Assembly: GCA_031960885.1 (NCBI GenBank)
Contig: JAVRLY010000039.1
Location: forward strand, 1-11,815
Direction of reading: 5' to 3'
Length of the DNA stretch: 11,815 bases
Source: Desulfurella sp.
GTDB taxonomy: Bacteria > Campylobacterota_A > Desulfurellia > Desulfurellales > Desulfurellaceae
Shown: positions 6,717-11,815 of the stretch, piece by piece
Position numbering within the stretch: position 1 is the stretch's first letter
Layout of the letters: every line of letters begins with the position of its first letter
Program-made: the position numbers and the translations under genes
Notes under the pieces: generated by a model
What the model saw: the letters and a program-made list of their open reading frames with translations, nothing else
Told to the model about the DNA's origin: nothing
The model's database searches: none

Positions 6717-7561
6717 CTGCCTCCAAACAAATTATTAAAGAATTTTTTAATTGGATTATCAATAAGTTTTATATTCTGAGAGAAAAAATAATTTATAAGC
6801 TTTTTTATTGAAATAGAAAAATTTGAGTCTGGATAGTATTTTATAATAGGTTTTTGGCTTTTAATGGAGTTTGGAAGGTTTTTATCAAAAACACTATAGC
6901 TAGCCATTTCAATCTTTGTGTTTAGAAATTTTTCACAAATGTTATTCATATTATCAAAAACACTCTTGGCTTCTTGAATATCTTTTGCCATATTTATAAA
7001 CATTTTTATATCTTTTCGATTGTAATTTAAGGTTAATATTTTTATTGTTGCATAAGCATCTGCAATAGATGTAGGTTCGGTTGTTGATACAATTAATATA
7101 TCAATAGCGTTTTTTAGCAGCGTCATAACTTTTTTGGATATGCCAGCCCCTGTGTCTATCAGTAATACATCTGTTTGACTTGATAATTTATTTAGAGTGT
7201 CCAATAAATCTATTAAATCATTTTCAGCAATATTTGATACAGCTTCTATACCGCTGCCAGCCGGTATAATTTTTAGATTGTCATTGTAATCCACAATAAT
7301 TTCTTCTAATTTTTTTGATTTGTTTATTACATCTATTATACTGTAGTTTGCCTTAACACCCAATACAATATCAATATTAGCCAAGCCTAAGTCGCCATCA
7401 AATAGTATTACCTTCTTATTTATATTGCTTAAAGCAACAGCCATGTTCGCAATTATACTTGTCTTTCCAACACCGCCTTTACCACTAGATATAGCTATCA
7501 CTTTTTGGTTTTTCTTGTTTATATCAACCATTTCTCTTAGCTTTTTAGCTTGATCGTCCAT
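6713..7561 (-). CDS. flhG: MinD-like flagellar number regulator FlhG/FleN
   Basis: N-terminal DQAKKLR activator motif, deviant Walker A SGKGGVGKT, DGDLGLANIDI, IDTGAGI, EPTSIADAYA, and a C-terminal amphipathic helix FFNNLF. Directly downstream of flhF. Confidence 0.93.
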   Translation of the reverse strand: MDDQAKKLREMVDINKKNQKVIAISSGKGGVGKTSIIANMAVALSNINKKVILFDGDLGLANIDIVLGVKANYSIIDVINKSKKLEEIIVDYNDNLKIIPAGSGIEAVSNIAENDLIDLLDTLNKLSSQTDVLLIDTGAGISKKVMTLLKNAIDILIVSTTEPTSIADAYATIKILTLNYNRKDIKMFINMAKDIQEAKSVFDNMNNICEKFLNTKIEMASYSVFDKNLPNSIKSQKPIIKYYPDSNFSISIKKLINYFFSQNIKLIDNPIKKFFNNLFGGR

Positions 7562-8741
7562 TTTTATCCTCTTTTCTTGTTTTTTTGATAATCAATGAAG
7601 ATATGCCAAAAGGGTCTGCTTTTACAATATCATCTGGTACATCTTGTCCAAAACTAATGTAAGAAATTGGTTTTTTAGTTTTAACCGCAAAGTTTAGCAT
7701 TGTTCCTGGTGTGTTTGTTTCATCGAGTTTGGTTAGCAATAAACTATCGATTCTAAGTTTAGAAAATCTTTCGTATGTTTCCATACAATCATCTTCTTTA
7801 GTGTTTAAGGCTAAAACAAGGCTAATATGAACATCAGTCTGATCTTTAAATAGACTAAAAGATTCTTCTAAGCGCTTGATATCTTTTTGGCTTCTTCCAA
7901 CTGTATCAATAAATATCTTATCATAATCACTAAACTCATTGATGGCTTTTTGCAAGTCATTTTTTGATATGCATACTTGCATAGGTATTTCCATTATTTT
8001 TGAGTAAGTTAATAATTGGTCCACAGCACCTATGCGATAAGTATCAGTGGTAATAATGCTAACTTTTTTTTTGTGTTTTAACTTTTCTATTGCAGCAAGT
8101 TTTGCAATTGTTGTGGTTTTTCCAACACCAGTTGGACCCATTAAAATGACTATTTGTTCTTTTAATTCTGCAATTTTGAAAAATTGAGATAGCAACATGC
8201 TTAAGTAATCTATAGTATAATTTTCATCTTTCAGTTTTTCAGCATATAAATTATCATAAAGAGCCTTTGAAATTTTGAATGAATATCTTTTATTTATGCC
8301 TTTTTCATTCATAAGATTAAAGTACTTTTGGACAGAAATAGGTAAATTGTAAATATCAATCTCGCCTTCTTTTTTTGCCATATATGAAAGACTACTTTTA
8401 AGATTATCAATATCGTTTCTAATACTTTCCACTACTTCTTGTAATGGGTTTTTTGTTGAATATTTTAGTAAATTTTCTAAATCTTGAATTTTTTTTTCTA
8501 AATTTTCTTTTTGTTCATCGTTTTTTTTAGTTTCTATTAACTTTTCAAAATCATTTTTTTTTGTATTATCTTGGTGCTCTATAGCGGCTGTTATTTCTAA
8601 AACTTCCCTTTTGAAAAATGAAAAAAAAGAACCTTTGCGCACCTTTCTTGTTGATAAAATAACCGCATCTTCACCCAACTCTTTTTTTATTTTTTTTATA
8701 GCTTCCTGAAGGTTGTTTGCTTCAAATGTTTTGATTATCAT
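7545..8741 (-). CDS. flhF: SRP-family GTPase FlhF
   Basis: N-terminal KTFEA...EAIKKIKKELGEDAVILSTR; GPTGVGKTTT, DTYRIGA, DTVGRS, TKLDET, GQDVPDD. Lies between flhA and flhG. Confidence 0.95.
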   Translation of the reverse strand: MIIKTFEANNLQEAIKKIKKELGEDAVILSTRKVRKGSFFSFFKREVLEITAAIEHQDNTKKNDFEKLIETKKNDEQKENLEKKIQDLENLLKYSTKNPLQEVVESIRNDIDNLKSSLSYMAKKEGEIDIYNLPISVQKYFNLMNEKGINKRYSFKISKALYDNLYAEKLKDENYTIDYLSMLLSQFFKIAELKEQIVILMGPTGVGKTTTIAKLAAIEKLKHKKKVSIITTDTYRIGAVDQLLTYSKIMEIPMQVCISKNDLQKAINEFSDYDKIFIDTVGRSQKDIKRLEESFSLFKDQTDVHISLVLALNTKEDDCMETYERFSKLRIDSLLLTKLDETNTPGTMLNFAVKTKKPISYISFGQDVPDDIVKADPFGISSLIIKKTRKEDKNGRSS

Positions 8742-10789
8742 ATTTCAATTGTACCCATTGTTTTAATTTCTACATTATTGGCGATTTCTGAATAAGATAT
8801 TACAGCAACTCTTGGTAAAAATTTTTCGAGAAAGGCTTTAAAGTGTCTCCTAATTCTTGGTGATGTTACAATTATTGGTTCAATCCCATTTTCTGCAGCT
8901 TTAGCAATTTGATTTTGTGCTGATTGTATGAGCTTATCGCCAATGTTTGGAGGTAGTTGCATATATGAATATCCATTTTCTTCTTTTATATTGGCATTTA
9001 AAACGCCTTCTGCGCTAGAACCAAGCAAGATTACATTTAAAACATTGTTTTCATCCTTATATTTATTTGTTATATGATAGGCTAGGGCGCTTCTTACATA
9101 TTCTGTTAATAAGTCTAAATCTTTAGTATGGGGTGCCCAATCAGCGAGCGTCTCAAAAATCGTTAGGAGATCTCTAATTGGTATTTGTTCTTTAAGTAAG
9201 TTTTTCAAGATTTTATGACATTGTCCAAGCGATAAATATTGACCTAACTCTTCTATTACTTTTGGGTAATCTTGCTTCAAGTTTTCAAGGAGCTTGCTTG
9301 CATCTTGCCGTGTAAAAATATCGTAAATATTTCGCTTTATTAGTTCTGTTATGTGTGTAATAATAACTGTTATTGGGTCTACAACTGTATATCCAGAAAC
9401 AATTGCTTCATTTTTCTTTTCTTTATCAATCCATATAGCTTGTAAACCAAATGCAGGCTCTTTTGTAGAAATGCCCTCTATCTGTTTTAGTGGAGCAGGA
9501 GACATTGCTAATAATTTATCTGTTTCAATTTTGTATCTTCCGACTTCAATGCTTTTTATTAAGAAAATATACTCGTTTTTATCCAATGTTAAGTTGTCCC
9601 TTATTCTAATAGAAGGAATGATTACTCCAATATCCAACGCTAATTGTTTTCGCATTAATTTTATTCTATTGAGTAGATTTCCGCCTTCAGCCTCTTCGGT
9701 TAAATGTATTAGACCATAACCAATCTCAAGTTCTAATACATTGATTTTCATTGCTTCTTCAATATTTTCTTCAACAATTGGAGCTTGAGCTTGTTCTTGA
9801 ATAATCTTTTCTTCTTCAAATTTTTCTTGTATTTTCTTTTGTGAGATAGTATACGCCAAATATGCAAAAATCAATGCTAGAAAAATTAAACTAACATGAG
9901 GCATACCTGGAATTAAGGCCAAAATTGCAAGTATTGCAGCAGATAAATACAATGCTTTGTATTGTTTTGTTAGTTGATTGATTAAATCTGGAGCAAGACT
10001 CGTTTCGCTTGAGCTTTTAGTGATTACAATGCCAGCTGCAGTGGAGATTATAAGTGCAGGCAATTGAACCACAAGACCATCACCAATTGTAAGTACAGTG
10101 TATCTGCTTGCCGCTTCTTGAAGATTCATGTTGTGTTGAAGTACGCCGATTATTATACCGCCAATAATATTAATAAAGGTAATCAAGAGGCCAGCTATTG
10201 CATCACCTCTTACAAATTTGCTTGCGCCATCCATAGCACCATAAAAATCAGCTTCTTTTGCAATTTCTTGTCTACGTTTTTTGGCTTCAACTTCAGTGAT
10301 TGCACCAGAGTTTAAATCAGCATCTATACTCATTTGTTTGCCAGGCATTGCATCGAGTGTAAATCGAGCTGCAACTTCAGCTACTCTGCCAGCACCTTTT
10401 GTTATTACAACGAAATTTATTATTACCAAAATTATAAATATGATAAAACCAACAATATAACTGCCACCTACAACAAAATAACCAAAAGTTTTAATAAATT
10501 CACCAGCAGCATCAGCACTTTGAGCACCATGCAACAAAATTGCGCGTGTGGTTGCGATACTAAGAGATAGCCTAAAAAGCGTAACTGTGAGCAGTATTGT
10601 TGGAAATGTTGAAATATCAAGCGGCCTTTGTGTGTAGATACTAACAAAGAATATCAAAAGCGCAGAGGCAAATGAGATAGTGATAAAAAAATCAAGCAAA
10701 AAAGGCGGCAATGGCACTATTAAAACTGTCAGTATAATAATTACTGCTAATAGTATAAGAAAATCGCTCAGACGTGTAATTTGACCCAT
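8738..10789 (-). CDS. flhA: Flagellar export gate protein FlhA (ORF track extends to 10825; ATG at 10789 preferred)
   Basis: FHIPEP motif VITKGAGRVAEVAARFTLDAMPGKQMSIDADL, DFYGAMDGASKFVRGDAIAG, LTIGDGLV, EPAFGL, GYTVVD, IRDLLTIFE, VISYSEI. A start at 10789 removes the overlap with yggS. Confidence 0.96.
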   Translation of the reverse strand: MGQITRLSDFLILLAVIIILTVLIVPLPPFLLDFFITISFASALLIFFVSIYTQRPLDISTFPTILLTVTLFRLSLSIATTRAILLHGAQSADAAGEFIKTFGYFVVGGSYIVGFIIFIILVIINFVVITKGAGRVAEVAARFTLDAMPGKQMSIDADLNSGAITEVEAKKRRQEIAKEADFYGAMDGASKFVRGDAIAGLLITFINIIGGIIIGVLQHNMNLQEAASRYTVLTIGDGLVVQLPALIISTAAGIVITKSSSETSLAPDLINQLTKQYKALYLSAAILAILALIPGMPHVSLIFLALIFAYLAYTISQKKIQEKFEEEKIIQEQAQAPIVEENIEEAMKINVLELEIGYGLIHLTEEAEGGNLLNRIKLMRKQLALDIGVIIPSIRIRDNLTLDKNEYIFLIKSIEVGRYKIETDKLLAMSPAPLKQIEGISTKEPAFGLQAIWIDKEKKNEAIVSGYTVVDPITVIITHITELIKRNIYDIFTRQDASKLLENLKQDYPKVIEELGQYLSLGQCHKILKNLLKEQIPIRDLLTIFETLADWAPHTKDLDLLTEYVRSALAYHITNKYKDENNVLNVILLGSSAEGVLNANIKEENGYSYMQLPPNIGDKLIQSAQNQIAKAAENGIEPIIVTSPRIRRHFKAFLEKFLPRVAVISYSEIANNVEIKTMGTIEI

Positions 10790-10793
10790 TAAA

Positions 10794-11462
10794 CTAAGTT
10801 CTTTCTCCAAAAATACCCCTACCAATTCTAATCATAGTTGCGCCTTCTTCTATAGCGATTTTATAATCATCGCTCATACCCATTGAAAGCTCGCTTAAAT
10901 CTATTGTAAATTCAGTTTTTATTTTTTTATATATTAAATTCATTTCTTTAAATGATTCTTTTATGATATCTTCATTTGATTGAGGCGCAATACACATAAG
11001 ACCATGCAATCTTAATTTTTTAAAATTCAATATACTCTTTACTGCATTATATACTTCATTCTTGGAAAAACCAAATTTATTTGGATCGTTTGCAATGTTT
11101 ATTTCAAGCATTATATTAATGTTTTTATTTAATACATTAGCGAAACTGTTAAGTTTTTCAGCTAACTGCAGTGTATCAACACTGTCAATGTAATCAAAAT
11201 AAATAGCAGCCTTTTTAGCTTTGTTTAGTTGTAAATGGCCTATTAAATGCCATTGTATATCTAAATTATCTTTTTTTGATAGTTCGATTTTTGAAATAGC
11301 TTCTTGCACTCTATTTTCACCAAATATTTTTTGGCCACACTCATAAGCCTTCTTGATGATATTGTAATCAAAGTTTTTTGAAACAGCCATTAATTTAACA
11401 TTAGGATTTAACTTTTCTATTTCACCTTTTATTTTTTTTAAATTTTCACAAATATTTTCCAT
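10794..11462 (-). CDS. yggS: Pyridoxal 5'-phosphate homeostasis protein, YggS/PLPBP family
   Basis: LMAVSK (PLP-binding Lys), FGENRVQE, WHLIGHLQLNK, GLMCI, LSMGMSDDY..AIEEGATMIRIGRGIFGER; RBS AGGAG upstream. Confidence 0.95.
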   Translation of the reverse strand: MENICENLKKIKGEIEKLNPNVKLMAVSKNFDYNIIKKAYECGQKIFGENRVQEAISKIELSKKDNLDIQWHLIGHLQLNKAKKAAIYFDYIDSVDTLQLAEKLNSFANVLNKNINIMLEINIANDPNKFGFSKNEVYNAVKSILNFKKLRLHGLMCIAPQSNEDIIKESFKEMNLIYKKIKTEFTIDLSELSMGMSDDYKIAIEEGATMIRIGRGIFGERT

Positions 11463-11479
11463 AAAAACTCCTTTTTATG

Positions 11480-11507
11480 ATTATACTTTTGGATTAAAAT
11501 AAGTCAA
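11480..11507 (-). promoter_or_regulatory. Sigma70-type promoter for yggS-flhA-flhF-flhG-ccdA
   Basis: Minus strand TTGACT (11507-11502), 16-bp spacer, perfect TATAAT (11485-11480). Confidence 0.65.
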
Positions 11508-11525
11508 TTATTTATAGGGTAGTGA

Positions 11526-11554
11526 TTGACAAAAACAATATAAAATAGTATAAA
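11526..11554 (+). promoter_or_regulatory. Sigma70-type promoter for tRNA-Arg
   Basis: TTGACA (11526-11531), 17-bp spacer, TATAAA (11549-11554), 15 bp before the tRNA. Confidence 0.7.
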
Positions 11555-11569
11555 AACATTGACTATAGC

Positions 11570-11646
11570 GCCCCGATAGCTCAGAAGGATAGAGCACAGG
11601 ATTCCTAATCCTGGCGCCGCAGGTTCGATTCCTGCTCGGGGCACCA
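11570..11646 (+). tRNA. tRNA-Arg(CCT)
   Basis: Acceptor stem GCCCCGA/TCGGGGC, D-arm GCTC/GAGC, anticodon stem CAGGA/TCCTG with loop TT-CCT-AA (anticodon 11604-11606), T-arm GCAGG-TTCGATT-CCTGC, encoded 3' ACCA; 77 nt. Confidence 0.97.
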
Positions 11647-11677
11647 ATTCTTTGAATGTTATTACGCCAATTTGGGT

Positions 11678-11695
11678 AGTCAATCTTAATTGACT
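11678..11695. repeat. Inverted repeat downstream of the tRNA (weak terminator or operator)
   Basis: AGTCAAT-CTTA-ATTGACT followed by T-rich TTGTTATT. The stem is AT-rich, so its function is uncertain. Confidence 0.35.
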
Positions 11696-11815
11696 TTGTT
11701 ATTGCATTTTTTCATTAGACATATTTTACTTAGTATATAATTTAATCTGCAAGTATACTTGTTTTAGCAAATGATATATATACTGCCCCCACTTGTCAAA
11801 CCTGACATGCTAACC

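Noticed and set aside
8064..8528. 8-9 nt A/T homopolymer runs in flhF as possible phase-variation tracts
   Set aside because: Expected in Lys-rich coding sequence at this AT content. The frame is intact and there are no long poly-G/C tracts.
9351..10570. Plus-strand ORFs 9351-9719, 10064-10315 and 10334-10570 (some Cys-rich)
   Set aside because: Antisense to highly conserved flhA. The Cys richness follows from reverse-complemented GCA/ACA triplets.
10790..10825. N-terminal extension of FlhA (MVGVFLEKELSL) from the ORF track
   Set aside because: It overlaps the conserved yggS C-terminus and relies on a non-ATG start. ATG 10789, just after the yggS stop, is more plausible.
11716..11741. TAGACA...TATAAT as a downstream promoter
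   Set aside because: The spacer is only 14 bp and there is no TGn extension, so it cannot be supported without the downstream sequence.
1..11815. CRISPR array, prophage, transposase or defence system
   Set aside because: No regularly spaced direct repeats and no integrase, transposase, nuclease or phage-like ORFs were seen. The window is almost fully occupied by the genes listed.

Overview
AT-rich (roughly 30% GC by eye) bacterial chromosomal window with no prophage or CRISPR signal. The futalosine-pathway gene mqnD, polar-flagellum genes and low GC suggest a Campylobacterota/Desulfurella-like organism (inference only). Left to right it holds: a spore-photoproduct-lyase-like radical SAM gene (probably 5'-truncated); a four-gene small-GTPase signalling module built as two convergent gene pairs; mqnD plus an HI0933/YhiN-family flavoprotein; a minus-strand yggS-flhA-flhF-flhG-ccdA operon; and tRNA-Arg(CCT). 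The module has a roadblock/LC7 (MglB-like) gene and a soluble Cys4 V4R-like/chemoreceptor-C-terminal-domain fusion on +, and a pseudo-receiver/DUF4388-like gene and an MglA/CvnD-like GTPase on -. It has no kinase or membrane sensor in the window and is the best candidate for an undescribed system. Five near-consensus sigma70 promoters can be read directly, and one implies a near-leaderless, re-annotated start. All family assignments come from motif recognition without database searches.
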